Shown: one piece after another, positions 8,912-18,965 of the stretch
Position numbering within the stretch: position 1 is the first letter of the stretch
Layout: every line of letters begins with the position of its first letter
DNA from: Nitrospirota bacterium
Lineage (GTDB): Bacteria > Nitrospirota > Thermodesulfovibrionia > Thermodesulfovibrionales > Dissulfurispiraceae
DNA: 64,000 nt
Assembly: GCA_963710375.1 (NCBI GenBank)
Contig: CAVPZX010000002.1
Location: 864,001-928,000 of the forward strand
Direction of reading: 5' to 3'
Notes under the pieces: model-generated
Told to the model about the DNA's origin: nothing
What the model saw: the letters and a program-made list of their open reading frames with translations, nothing else
The model's database searches: none
Translations under genes and position numbers: made by a program

Positions 8912-9301
8912 TTATCGTTTCTTCCTTTGCTTCCGTTTTTTTTGACCAGAAGCGCCGGCGCTTTTTTTGGCACCGGCGTTCTGCAACTCATAGGCGTGCA
9001 GCATGTCCCGCACTTCTACCGTCTTCTCAGCGACAAACAGCTTTTTCTGAAGTTCGATAACCCGTTGCTGTAATCGCAGCTTCTCTTCATCCTCTGGTGT
9101 GGTCGGTCTTCCGGATGCTCTTTCTTCCATGGCCTCCGTCATCGCCTGTAGCGCCCGGCGTTCCCACTCGTAATAAGTCTTGCGGGAAACGCCCAACCTG
9201 CGTGCGCCCTCCTGGACGGTTATCTGACCGCTGCGCACCGCAAACACCACCGTAGCTCTCCGACGGGCTTGCTCCATTTCCTTTGAGTCGCTCATATGCA
9301 C
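8912..9301 (-). CDS. Transposase-associated HTH protein
   Basis: VQEGARRLGVSRKTYYEW helix-turn-helix followed by a coiled coil. Confidence 0.8.
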   Translation of the reverse strand: MHMSDSKEMEQARRRATVVFAVRSGQITVQEGARRLGVSRKTYYEWERRALQAMTEAMEERASGRPTTPEDEEKLRLQQRVIELQKKLFVAEKTVEVRDMLHAYELQNAGAKKSAGASGQKKRKQRKKR

Positions 9302-9320
9302 GCTCCGTTTGTGCTATGGA

Positions 9321-9728
9321 TCATAAGTCTTGTTTAGGCTTCGCAGGAGGCTTCTCGTCTTTCGATGAAACCGCCTCCACTTTCCTCGCTTCCTGCGCCT
9401 TGGAAAGCGTCTTTTCCAGTCTGCCCTGCGCTGTAGTAGTCAAGAGTGTAAGGCGCCTCTTCTCCAGCAACGCCTGCAAGCGCGGGCTCAGGGCAGGCCC
9501 CTTGTCCAGGCTCACCCTCGGCTCCAGCGCCTGAAGCATTCCCTCCATCGCCCGCTTCTGCCACTGAGCAAGCACCATCGAGGGTATCGTCAGCTCCCGG
9601 CAAACTTCCGCAGACCTGCGCCGCTCTGTCCATACCGACAAAACCGCCCGGCACTTCTCCATCGCCCCGTAGTTCATTGTCGGCCGTTTCTTCTCGCTCT
9701 TTATCTTCTCCGTCTTCTCCATTGTCAT
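9321..9728 (-). CDS. Transposase-associated HTH protein
   Basis: SAEVCRELTIPSMVLAQW HTH; paralogous in layout to 8912..9301; RBS present. Confidence 0.7.
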   Translation of the reverse strand: MTMEKTEKIKSEKKRPTMNYGAMEKCRAVLSVWTERRRSAEVCRELTIPSMVLAQWQKRAMEGMLQALEPRVSLDKGPALSPRLQALLEKRRLTLLTTTAQGRLEKTLSKAQEARKVEAVSSKDEKPPAKPKQDL

Positions 9729-10386
9729 GTCCTTTCTCGTTTAGATTGTAAACTACTTCCTGCGTAACATCGTCGTTTTCAGCCTCAACCGACAACCTTA
9801 GCTTGCCCTTTTCCGCACGCAGCACCACCGACTGCCCCTCCATGCGGCCTACCATGTAAAACGGCAGGCGCGGCTTACCTCTTAGCGCCATCTCAAGAAG
9901 GTTGTCCTGGATACCCTGCTCGATGGTCTTTCTAAGCTCGCTCTGTATCTCAAAATACCGGTCCGCAGGACACAGGCCGCCGATCCCCTGATGCGGTCGT
10001 TTGTGGTTATAATATTTCACCCACTGCCGTATCCGCTCTACTGCATCCTCAAAGCTCCCGAACTGGGCCCGGCTTAGGAACTCCAGGAAGATCGTCTTCC
10101 AGAACCGTTCGATTTTCCCTAACGTCATCGGATGGTGAGGCCGCGATTTGATGTGATGGATTTTGTCTTTCTTCAACTCCAGCTCAAAGCGGCTGTTGCC
10201 GCGCCAGCCCGTGTACTGCCGCCCATTATCCGTAAGCATCTCTTTCGGAGGGTTGTACTCGGAAGCCGCCCGGCGATACACTTCAATTACATTCTGTGCT
10301 GTCTGGCTCCTAAAAAGCTCCAACCCCGTTATATAACGGGAATAATCGTCGATAAAGCCGATCAGAAACGCATATCGGCCCCCAAG
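9334..10386 (-). pseudogene. C-terminal part of IS481-like transposase interrupted by the nested element
   Basis: GRYAFLIGFIDDYSRY, LTDNGRQY, GKIERFW and YNHKRPHQG motifs; joins in frame to 13351..13862 across the CCAAG TSD. Confidence 0.88.
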
Positions 10387-10483
10387 TGTTGATTTTCGGA
10401 TTAATCCGGCCTAACTTTTCTGATTATTCTGACCCTTTCGTTTTAGCCTGACCCATTGGGGGCATTTCTGCCCCCTGCACAGA

Positions 10484-11293
10484 TCAGATGATTTCTGTTG
10501 ACGCGACACGAACATGGTCTGCGGATACGGCCGTACATTTTTCTGCGGCGGCGGCCACCAGTGACCCACGGGCAAGATTGTTGGCTCTCCTGAGCAGTCC
10601 GCCTGAACCCTGATGTATTGCCGTGACAGCCTGTTCCGAGAACAGATTCTTTTTGCATCCGGCGATATTCTGATGGTGCTGCAAATAGGTAGCCATATCT
10701 TCGGCATTAAGAGATTCCATATGGCCCCTTGCTACTACACGTGATGCCAGAGGCCTTGATTGGCGGAACATCAGACTGTCCATGAGATTATTCTGTCCGG
10801 CAAGCACTACTGGCAGCACGGATTTGGAATCTCCTTCGAACTGTACCAATGTATGCAGCTCCGAGAAGACATCAAGGCGTATAAGTGATGCTTCGTCTAT
10901 GATAAGCACGGGTTTCTCTTTCTTATCGACGAGTTCCATAATACAGCTTTTTATAATTCTGCTGAGTATAGCTTTTGAGCTGCCTTTCACTTCTATGTTC
11001 AGGGCATGGCATATCTGCTTATATAGTTCTGCGATGGTTCCTGATGTGGCCGTAACATATAGCACGCGATATTCCGAAGGGTGCAGCGTTGAGGAGGCAA
11101 AACGCAATGCTGATGATTTACCGCTGCCTACGTCGCCGGTGATGATTGCTATGGCTCCAAGGTTCACAGCATAAAGGAAGCGCTCTTTTACACCAACGAG
11201 ACCGGCATGTTTCATCATGTCTTCTACTCTTATATCCGGCGAGAAGGGTTCTTTTTTGAAACCGAAGAATACTCTGTAGTGTTCCCTGCTCAT
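10484..11293 (-). CDS. ExeA-like AAA+ ATPase (transposition helper)
   Basis: FFGFKKEPF N-terminus, GDVGSGKS Walker A, IIDEA Walker B, VLAGQ. Confidence 0.9.
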   Translation of the reverse strand: MSREHYRVFFGFKKEPFSPDIRVEDMMKHAGLVGVKERFLYAVNLGAIAIITGDVGSGKSSALRFASSTLHPSEYRVLYVTATSGTIAELYKQICHALNIEVKGSSKAILSRIIKSCIMELVDKKEKPVLIIDEASLIRLDVFSELHTLVQFEGDSKSVLPVVLAGQNNLMDSLMFRQSRPLASRVVARGHMESLNAEDMATYLQHHQNIAGCKKNLFSEQAVTAIHQGSGGLLRRANNLARGSLVAAAAEKCTAVSADHVRVASTEII

Positions 11294-12618
11294 GATTGTC
11301 CCTCCTCTGTATTGTCTTTTCCGAACAGTTTTCCGCCATCGTACCGGCCAGTAGAGTCGTCGCCGATTTCAAAAGTATCCCTGCCCCTGGTGCCTTTGTC
11401 CCTTCTGACACGATAGTTGACGTTTACATCGAGCATGACTGCAAACCCATATGTCTTACCGTCATGGGTAATCTCCATCCGGGCAGGATCATGTTTATGG
11501 TACAAGAGAGTTACCCGTTTGCCGATGAGGCCGACGGGGACCTCATACAAACGGCCCTCTATCGCAACGGTCCTGTCTTTTGCCACTGTTCGTTTTGCCG
11601 TTTTCCTGAAATGGTCTTCGAGGTTTTTAGGGGCCGGTCGTACACACTCTATATTGCGAATGAATCTCTTGAAGGGTTCTTCTTTCGTGATGCTATGGAT
11701 TTTTTCATTGTAAGATTCAATCCATTGCCGGAGTGATTCATTGAGCCCATCCAAAGTCGTTGCTTTCTGGACACTCAGCAGTTGTTCACGCACTGTACGA
11801 AAGATGCGTTCTACTTTGCCGCGACCTTCAGGCTGATAAGGTTTTGAGTGTATAAGCACAATGCCCAAGGAGGCGCAGGTATGTTCAAGATGATGGCTCC
11901 TGAAAGCAGAGCCGTTGTCTACGTATAGTTTCCTTGGGACCCCTCTTTTCAGCAGCGCCTTTCTGAAACAGTCCAGGAAACATTCCAGTTTTTCGTGCAG
12001 GTAAAACTCCGCGTGCAAGACCAGCCTGCTCATGTCATCCACAAAACACAGCAAGTAGGCCTTGCGTTGTTTATCTTCAACCGTTACAGATGGGCCATGC
12101 ATGATGTCAGACTGCCACAGGTCATTTGGGTTTTCTGCCTCGAATCTCCGGCGGTCCTGCGGGTCACCATCACCGGGAACTTTTTGCAAAAGTCCTTCCG
12201 CTAATAACAAACGATAAAGCGCCGAATATGTTACCTTCATTCCCGGCAATATAATCTTACGGCCATGTGCCTCTTGCAGGAGAGTCGGCAATAAGACCGC
12301 CGGCATCTCTTTCCTCAACGCAATCAGTCCCTGCGCCGTCTCCGGATCAATCGCACGTGTCTTGCCGCGATCACAACGCTCTTGAGGATATAATGCTTCA
12401 AGCTTGTTGCCTGCAAGTTTGTACCTGGCTATCCATTCCTTGATCGTAGATTCTCCGATCCGTGTCCGCATACTGCCTGGTATTATCCACCGCCGGGCGC
12501 ACTTCTCCCGTATCAGGCGCTCCGTCTCTCCCCGTTCCAACTGCCCGCCCCCTACAAAATCAGCAATGACTCCAAATCTGAACACCGCCACCCGCTGCTT
12601 CATCTCTTCCGTCATCAA
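11290..12618 (-). CDS. DDE transposase with Mu-like C-terminal domain
   Basis: WQSDIMHG, VDDMSR, YVDNGS and GKVERIF motifs. Confidence 0.92.
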   Translation of the reverse strand: MMTEEMKQRVAVFRFGVIADFVGGGQLERGETERLIREKCARRWIIPGSMRTRIGESTIKEWIARYKLAGNKLEALYPQERCDRGKTRAIDPETAQGLIALRKEMPAVLLPTLLQEAHGRKIILPGMKVTYSALYRLLLAEGLLQKVPGDGDPQDRRRFEAENPNDLWQSDIMHGPSVTVEDKQRKAYLLCFVDDMSRLVLHAEFYLHEKLECFLDCFRKALLKRGVPRKLYVDNGSAFRSHHLEHTCASLGIVLIHSKPYQPEGRGKVERIFRTVREQLLSVQKATTLDGLNESLRQWIESYNEKIHSITKEEPFKRFIRNIECVRPAPKNLEDHFRKTAKRTVAKDRTVAIEGRLYEVPVGLIGKRVTLLYHKHDPARMEITHDGKTYGFAVMLDVNVNYRVRRDKGTRGRDTFEIGDDSTGRYDGGKLFGKDNTEEGQS

Positions 12619-12718
12619 AAACCTCCTCGTTATTGATGATGAAGATTTACCACAACGAATTCCTCTGCGTCACCGCAACTCTTGGGGGGATTCTTAATAA
12701 CTTGAAACTATTTGCGTT

Positions 12719-13171
12719 TTATCCTGCCCGCGCTACCGGGATCCTGCCCCGATACACCAGTTCATAGAATCCCTCAATATAATCACCTCCAAAATCCATC
12801 CCAAGATGCGCTTTTATGTTTCTGCTTAAGGCACGAAGCCAGTGCTGGCGGCGTTGCCGGCTCAACAGGCCATTCATCTGCCATATACCATCTTGCATTC
12901 GCTGGGAAACACTGCTTAAAATTGCAACCGCAGAAACCTGGAAACGAGGCCAGTATCCAAAAGGTCGCAATGTGTAAATACAGCCGCAGTCTGCACAGAC
13001 ATATCGCTTTAGTGGCAAAGCCGAGGAGTAGCCGTCATAAAGTTTATCTTTGAAACCATGCCCCCAGATTCTCGTGCTTCCGCATTGCAAACAAGTCGGC
13101 GGGCGCGGAAAGGGATACTTCTTGCCAAGATCAAATAATTGCTTGATACAAACCATCAGAAAAAGTGACAA
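12719..13171 (-). CDS. Zn-finger accessory protein of the element (DUF6431-like)
   Basis: CLQC...WGHG...RYVCADC. Confidence 0.7.
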   Translation of the reverse strand: MSLFLMVCIKQLFDLGKKYPFPRPPTCLQCGSTRIWGHGFKDKLYDGYSSALPLKRYVCADCGCIYTLRPFGYWPRFQVSAVAILSSVSQRMQDGIWQMNGLLSRQRRQHWLRALSRNIKAHLGMDFGGDYIEGFYELVYRGRIPVARAG

Positions 13172-13350
13172 TAAATCTCCTTTTGTCCGGGGCTGTGGAG
13201 ATTCTCCTCCGTCAAGATGTGAAACTCCCTGCCTCGGGCGCTTTCCTAAATTGTTAATCCGGTTATTTTAAAACGAATAGATTAAAAGGTGGGTTTGATT
13301 ATTGCGATTAAAACGCTGCTAATTGGACTGGCTTAATTCGGAAAACAACA

Positions 13351-13862
13351 CCAAGGCGAAACGTAAAGATGTCCGTCTGCCAAAGCTGGTTCGGGGTTGA
13401 GCGCTCGAAAAACCGGGGGCGGGTGATATTGCGCTGCCGCTTCTTGGGTGGGGCAGTCATTAGAGATTCGGAGTGCAGAGTCTTACGAACCGTCTCAGGG
13501 CTGGCGGTAAGAAAAAACGCTCTCTTTAGAAGTTGCGAAATGCGCTTAATACCGAACAGTGGGTTGGCTTCTTTGAGTTCGACAATCTTCTGCTTCACAG
13601 GAGAGGGAAGTCCGCGCCCATTGCCATTGCGTCTTATTGCAAGGCCAGCCTCACCTTCACTACGATATGCGCGCACCCAGCGTCTTACCGAATTAATGCT
13701 AATCCCGCATTCCTGCCGGATCACCTCAATAGGGACGCTCTCCTCAAGGAACTTCTTGACTACTTGAAGCTTAAAGTCGGCTCCGTAACGCCTGCTTCTG
13801 GCTGGAACCTTCTTCTTTGCACTGCCTCTTTGTAAACTCTTAACTTGTTCCATCAATGACAC
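13351..13862 (-). pseudogene. N-terminal part (HTH) of the interrupted IS481-like transposase
   Basis: HTH followed by FERSTPNQLWQTDIFTFRLG, cut at the nested IS. Confidence 0.88.
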
Positions 13863-14104
13863 TCCTTTCGTTTTCCTAAACTTGGAGTGTCACCCTATTT
13901 CCTCAAATCCTTGGTATCATAAACTGGTCGTTAGCACAGGAGAGCTTACTTACCTTTGACCATCTCATAAGATCGGTCCCATTGACAGTTTTTCTTCATG
14001 GGGTGTAGATTTATATTTATAATTAAAGTGTTACGCTATGAGGCGATAGGCGTTATCGCAAAATTATAATGTTTATATTATGCCATTAGATAACTCTGCG
14101 TGTC

Positions 14105-15173
14105 ATGAACATGGTTCGAAAAAATAAGACCAAAACAACTTTGGGCGATTTTCGTGAAAAAAAATCGTTTCATCAAGAAGTTCCGATTATCATTTGCAAA
14201 CTTTCTTCCGCGAAAACAACCGAAGTTTACGATAGCTTTTGGCAGTTTGCATGCGAAAGGCAGAACATTTTTTTTTCGCGCGTGGAAGGGAAGCAACCCC
14301 CTTGGACCGATGACCCAATTCTGCGAGAGTATAAATTTACTAATGCATATAGGGCATCAGATCGTGTCAGTCAATATCTTATCAAGAATGTAATCTATGA
14401 TGGCGACCAGTCTCCCAAGGAAGTATTTTTTAGGATTCTTTTATTCAAAATATTCAATAAGATTGAGACATGGGAATTGTTTAAAAGCAATCTGGGAATT
14501 ATTAATAGTGCCGACTTTACTGTCAAACAATACAGACTCTTTGTTGAACGACGCAATGGCGTGTGGGCAACGTGTTTATTCTGCAGCTTATATAATGCCC
14601 TCGGGGGGTAAATCCTCTTTGTTCAAAAGAAAACATGAAATGCACTTGAGCTTGCTGGAACAAATGCTTACTGACGAGTTGCCAGCCCGTCTCGTCGAAG
14701 TGAGATCGATGGGAAAGGCTTTTGATCTATTACGAAGTTATCGGACTATAGGTGATTTCTTGGCCTACCAATTCGTAACTGATATAAACTACAGCACATT
14801 GATGAACTTTTCCGAAATGGAATTCGTTGTTCCCGGTCCAGGAGCCCGTGATGGCATTCGAAAGTGCTTCAGTGACATGGGAGGCTTGACCGAAGCAGAA
14901 ATCGTTAAACTAGTCACAGAAAGACAAGAAGCAGAATTTCTCAGGCGTGATTTGAATTTTCGATCTCTTTGGGGTCGCCCCTTACAGCTGATTGACTGTC
15001 AAAACATCTTCTGCGAGGTCGATAAATACGCCAGAGTTTATCACCCTAATTCTACAGGATTTTCTGGCCGGACACGAATTAAACAGAAATATCGAATTAA
15101 TACTCAGCACATTAATTATTGGTATCCACCTAAATGGGGGTTATTGGGGTTCACTGAAAAGAAATTCGACTGA
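14105..15173 (+). CDS. Putative DNA base-hypermodification protein (aGPT-Pplase1 / 5-hmdU DNA kinase helical-domain family); +1 frameshift at about 14534
   Basis: FACERQNIFF, PPWTDDPIL, KFTNAYRASDR, FKIFNKIETW in frame 1; YSAAYI, GDFLAYQ, PGPGARDG, DCQNIFCEVDKY in frame 2; deleting A14534 fuses them. Confidence 0.75.
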
Positions 15174-15176
15174 CAT

Positions 15177-16805
15177 CTATTTCTTAAACAGCTCAACGGT
15201 CTTGATGAGCTCCGTCAATTCCTCGTATTTTTTCTCTCCTTTTTCATGTAATGGGATCAACTTATCGAAATCTTTGTATTTGACGTTGTGACCATTGAAA
15301 GTCGTTGTTGCTTTTATTCCGGGGGGGGATTTAAATTCATAAATGGATTTCTTGTTGTCTTGCAATTTAAATTCCAGAGTGAATTTTCGACCAGAAGAAT
15401 CAACGGCAACCCTCAGTATATGTTTAAACATGGCAACTTTGGCCAAAAAAAAGTTCATTAGGGAGTCGGGTTCAATATCACTCTTTTCCCCCAACACTGG
15501 TTTCATGTCGAAAGATACTTTAGTATCACTGAATTCATTCAATGTGACTCGATAATCATTATGAACACCAATTGCCATTGATTCAAATGTCGGCCTTCCC
15601 CAGAATTGTAATTCGTCTACTAATAATAAAAGAAATGAAAAGGTATTGGGATACAAATGATATATTTCAGGACAGGTATGAGATGCAATAGATCTCATTA
15701 TCTCGCGGCGAATTATGAATTGCCGGGCTTCTTCAACATTCGTTAATACGGCGACATCATCCCAGTCAAAATTTGTTTCCATAAAATAAACAAGATTTTT
15801 AACCAATGCAATACAACTTATAATTCCATGATCAAATCGCTCAAAAGATTGTGAAAATTTAAGATAAAATTTTGCTTGAATGTGAGTTTTATAATGTGTA
15901 TGGCTTTTATAAGAGGGCGGATTTTTGTTTATCCTAGTTTTTTTTTCATATCTGACTATCTTTGAACTGAGATATCTTAAAATTGCGTCATTTATGAATT
16001 GATTTTGCTGCGGGAAAGTGAAAGAAAACTCTTCCAAGCCAGATTTCACAAAATAACTCATCATTTTGCGCAAACTACTATTGATTTTCTCAACTTTACT
16101 TAAGGGATATCCTAAGTCGTGTGTTAATGCGATCAAACACCAGATTGCATCTTCTTCGCCTTCGTATAACAATCCGTTACTTTTAGTGGATATCTTAATT
16201 GAGTCATCTTTTTTCTCAAGTATATCCTTGCGTAGGTCTTTAGCGTCGAATATTACAATTGGGAATCTATTATTTATAAACTTATGCAGTATGAACTCAC
16301 CAGTAAGCCATACTCTTATGATGTGATAAACATGATCTCGATAAAATTGTTCAGCACCATATAACAAACGTTCAAATTCAATAAATGCTTTAAAATATTC
16401 TTTTAACTGAAATACAAATAATGATCCTTCAGTCATTTTCTTATAAGCATCTTCTGTTGTGCGTGGTCGTTTATACTTGGGGTTATTTGGATCTTTGATC
16501 GGGAATTCACTCAAGTCATTCCATTTCAAGAACATTAATGCATCAATCAATAAACGCTCCCAAAAATCTAAAACATCTATAAAATTCGGGTTAAATATTT
16601 TTCTTATCAGATCGAGCGATTCCTTTTTACTATCTATTAGACCTTTAGTCTCTTTTTCATAAATTTGTTTAATTTTTTCCAAATACTCTTTTTTTGTGTC
16701 ATCTGAAAGAAAAGCAATACTAGGGATCCTTTCAATTAAGAATTTAATGAGTTCGTAATCGTTCAGCTTGCACACGTGATTACCTCTACCCGTAGAAATG
16801 TACAT
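15177..16805 (-). CDS. HD-superfamily metal-dependent phosphohydrolase-like protein
   Basis: RDHVYH...LTHDLGYP...DHG...SH...DELQxWGRP; likely true start GTG at 16775 after a GAGG RBS. Confidence 0.75.
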   Translation of the reverse strand: MYISTGRGNHVCKLNDYELIKFLIERIPSIAFLSDDTKKEYLEKIKQIYEKETKGLIDSKKESLDLIRKIFNPNFIDVLDFWERLLIDALMFLKWNDLSEFPIKDPNNPKYKRPRTTEDAYKKMTEGSLFVFQLKEYFKAFIEFERLLYGAEQFYRDHVYHIIRVWLTGEFILHKFINNRFPIVIFDAKDLRKDILEKKDDSIKISTKSNGLLYEGEEDAIWCLIALTHDLGYPLSKVEKINSSLRKMMSYFVKSGLEEFSFTFPQQNQFINDAILRYLSSKIVRYEKKTRINKNPPSYKSHTHYKTHIQAKFYLKFSQSFERFDHGIISCIALVKNLVYFMETNFDWDDVAVLTNVEEARQFIIRREIMRSIASHTCPEIYHLYPNTFSFLLLLVDELQFWGRPTFESMAIGVHNDYRVTLNEFSDTKVSFDMKPVLGEKSDIEPDSLMNFFLAKVAMFKHILRVAVDSSGRKFTLEFKLQDNKKSIYEFKSPPGIKATTTFNGHNVKYKDFDKLIPLHEKGEKKYEELTELIKTVELFKK

Positions 16806-16887
16806 TGAACATTTTGTAGAGCTCGTTCTTTGTTGACCGTGGATAGATCTGCGCGAGAACGGTTAGAAATTCGATTTATTAATAAAT

Positions 16888-17961
16888 TCACTTTACTGAG
16901 CACATCAAACAATTTTCTTTTCTTGCAGTAATCGGAAACTCGTTTTGGTAAGGACACATTGGGTCTGGTCCTTGATTAATAGTTCCAAACTTATAAAATC
17001 TCTGTGCAACGCATCTGCCTCGGCAATGTTCTAAGTTATGGCACCTATTACAATTTTCAATCTGCGTAAAATCAAAGTTTCTCAATAGTTGCAAAATGGG
17101 GTTATGTGTCCAGATTTCTAACAACGTCTCAAAATAAATATTGCCTATTTTAAACTCGGCGGTTTCTTTAAATGCTGGACACGGTATTACCTTCCCGTCA
17201 AAATTAATCAGAAGCGTCGATTTACCCGCCTTACAATTAACAGGCTTAATATCACTGTCTACAAGAGAACAAAAATTCATAGGACAACCGGTTCTTATTT
17301 GAAGTCGGTCATATTTTTTCTTCTCTCGAACAACGTCCAGTATAATGGAGTGAAAGCTCTCAAGTGAAAGTTCAAGCTCATTGGTGTTAATAGAACCTCT
17401 GCCCTGACTTACAAATCTGAGAATTGCGAGCTCATCCACGCCTATCTCATTACAAAGCTCCGAAATAGCTGCAATTTCTTTGTAATTGGGAATCATTGGA
17501 ACAAAATGAACGCCTGTCCACAAGCCAACTGAAGTTATCCGTTTTATGCTAGTCATCACGCTCTCGAAACTACCTCTTGTCATCGTGATTCGGTCGTGAG
17601 TATCCGCCGTTGCACCCTGAACATTGAAAACAATTCGATCAAGGCCCAAATCAACCAACGATGATACCAACGACGTAGTAATACCTTCTTTATTCCCTAG
17701 ATACCCAGAAGTATAAAGCCGCACCTCGAAATACTTTTTTGCTTCTCTAATAATATCTAAAATACGCGGATGTAATAAGGGCTCGCCACCTGATATTTCT
17801 AACGTCTTAGTGCCAAGCCGTCGAGCATCGTCAAGAATTGTTAAAATTGATTCGTAGGACAGAATAGATTCATTAGTCTTACTGCAAGAAGACGAACAAT
17901 GACGACAATTCATCAGACACTTGCCTATGACTTCAACACATAATTCGTCTAGCGTAAACAT
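16888..17961 (-). CDS. Radical SAM protein with C-terminal SPASM domain
   Basis: CLMNCRHC, SGGEP, CKAG...IPCP, CNRCxxxxHCRGRC...C. Confidence 0.92.
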   Translation of the reverse strand: MFTLDELCVEVIGKCLMNCRHCSSSCSKTNESILSYESILTILDDARRLGTKTLEISGGEPLLHPRILDIIREAKKYFEVRLYTSGYLGNKEGITTSLVSSLVDLGLDRIVFNVQGATADTHDRITMTRGSFESVMTSIKRITSVGLWTGVHFVPMIPNYKEIAAISELCNEIGVDELAILRFVSQGRGSINTNELELSLESFHSIILDVVREKKKYDRLQIRTGCPMNFCSLVDSDIKPVNCKAGKSTLLINFDGKVIPCPAFKETAEFKIGNIYFETLLEIWTHNPILQLLRNFDFTQIENCNRCHNLEHCRGRCVAQRFYKFGTINQGPDPMCPYQNEFPITARKENCLMCSVK

Positions 17962-17964
17962 AAT

Positions 17965-18507
17965 TTAAACCCTTAAAATAGTTGCTTCATTGATGTCATA
18001 GTTTTCAGGAATATTAAATCCCGTAAGCGCTTTGTTTCGAACCCACGCTTCCATATCTCTATTGTCAATTTTTGTCTCTGACCCAGTCAACGCGCGATAA
18101 GTCTTGCGTCTATCCTTGAATGCAGTGTCTCTTATTGGCATTTTCATATCTTTGTTTTTAATGAATGTCTCTTGGCCGGTCAACGGATTATATGATCCTT
18201 CTCTGTCCATAACTGTCACTTCTTTCCCTACTACATACAGTGATTTTTCAGCAAAAGGATTCTTGCTATCAGGATACAGCTTTTTAAGCTGAGTTGCAAC
18301 CTTTTTTATTTTGAATGTGCTTATGCCAGCATCCTGTAACGCTTTAATCGTTTTGATAGCCACAAGATCTTGAAAGGTATACCGGGCATGATTACCATGC
18401 GTTTTTATTGCAGGCTGAAAAAGGTTAGTTTTTTTCCAATAAAAAAGAACCTTCCTACTGATGCCAAAAATCGATTCCACCTGTTGGGATGAAAAGTAAA
18501 ATTTCAT
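17965..18507 (-). CDS. MerR-family HTH protein
   Basis: FSSQQVESIFGISRKVLFYW...ARYTFQDL. Confidence 0.85.
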   Translation of the reverse strand: MKFYFSSQQVESIFGISRKVLFYWKKTNLFQPAIKTHGNHARYTFQDLVAIKTIKALQDAGISTFKIKKVATQLKKLYPDSKNPFAEKSLYVVGKEVTVMDREGSYNPLTGQETFIKNKDMKMPIRDTAFKDRRKTYRALTGSETKIDNRDMEAWVRNKALTGFNIPENYDINEATILRV

Positions 18508-18511
18508 TGCT

Positions 18512-18542
18512 ATTTCATATCATATTTAGACAAATTTGTCAA
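18512..18542 (-). promoter_or_regulatory. Sigma70-like promoter with overlapping palindromic operator for the MerR-rSAM-HD operon
   Basis: Minus strand TTGACA-N17-TATGAA just upstream of ATG 18507; perfect palindrome GACAAATTTGTC at 18529-18540. Confidence 0.5.
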
Positions 18543-18965
18543 GTATTTATTAAATTTAATTACTAAATTGTCTAAAAAAATAATCGTTTTTTAAGTCACC
18601 CCTATAAATACTATAGGATAATATGCGGCTACTACGGTTTTTTCTCTTATCAAACAATAACTTGTCTTGGGATTTTGAGCCTGTGTGGGAAGCAGGAGAA
18701 ATTTAAAATCATGGCCGAAAAAGTTGCGTTGAGAGTCACGCCCCGGGAGCTTTTCCTAACTAGTTGGTTCAACGATACTTTGGCATTCTTTATTTTTAAG
18801 CACCTGATACTTTCAACAAAACTTTTCAGATACATTTTCTACGCGGCAGCTCTGACGCTGGTGTTTATTCTCCCTTTGTCTTTGCATATGACACGCCGGA
18901 GAGCAAAGAGAGTGAAAGAGTGAAACATAAGGCCAATGCCACAACTCTGTGAACATTACGCATCT

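Larger units (their letters stand above)
10387..13350 (-). mobile_element. Nested 2964-bp element (Zn-finger ORF + Mu-like DDE transposase + ExeA-like AAA ATPase; IS21/Tn552-like organisation)
   Basis: IRs TGTTGATTTTCGGATTAATCC / TGTTGTTTTCCGAATTAAGCC; 5-bp TSD CCAAG at 10382-10386 and 13351-13355. Confidence 0.92.
7848..13938 (-). mobile_element. Multi-ORF IS481/IS3-like element (about 3.1 kb without the nested IS)
   Basis: 26-bp imperfect IRs TGTGCACGCCATGAGTTTATGATACC / TGTGCTAACGACCAGTTTATGATACC (20/26); two rve-type genes and two HTH ORFs. Confidence 0.85.

Noticed and set aside
16888..17961. Radical SAM as a prokaryotic viperin or a defined RiPP maturase
   Set aside because: It has a full SPASM domain, unlike viperins, and no adjacent precursor peptide or PqqD/RRE domain was seen
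18565..18602. GTCACCCCTATA as a fourth Tn3 IR
   Set aside because: Only the outer bases match; the inner ACG(C/T)TAAG motif is absent
18675..18923. 82-aa hydrophobic ORF
   Set aside because: TTG start, no clear RBS or recognisable motif; cannot be supported
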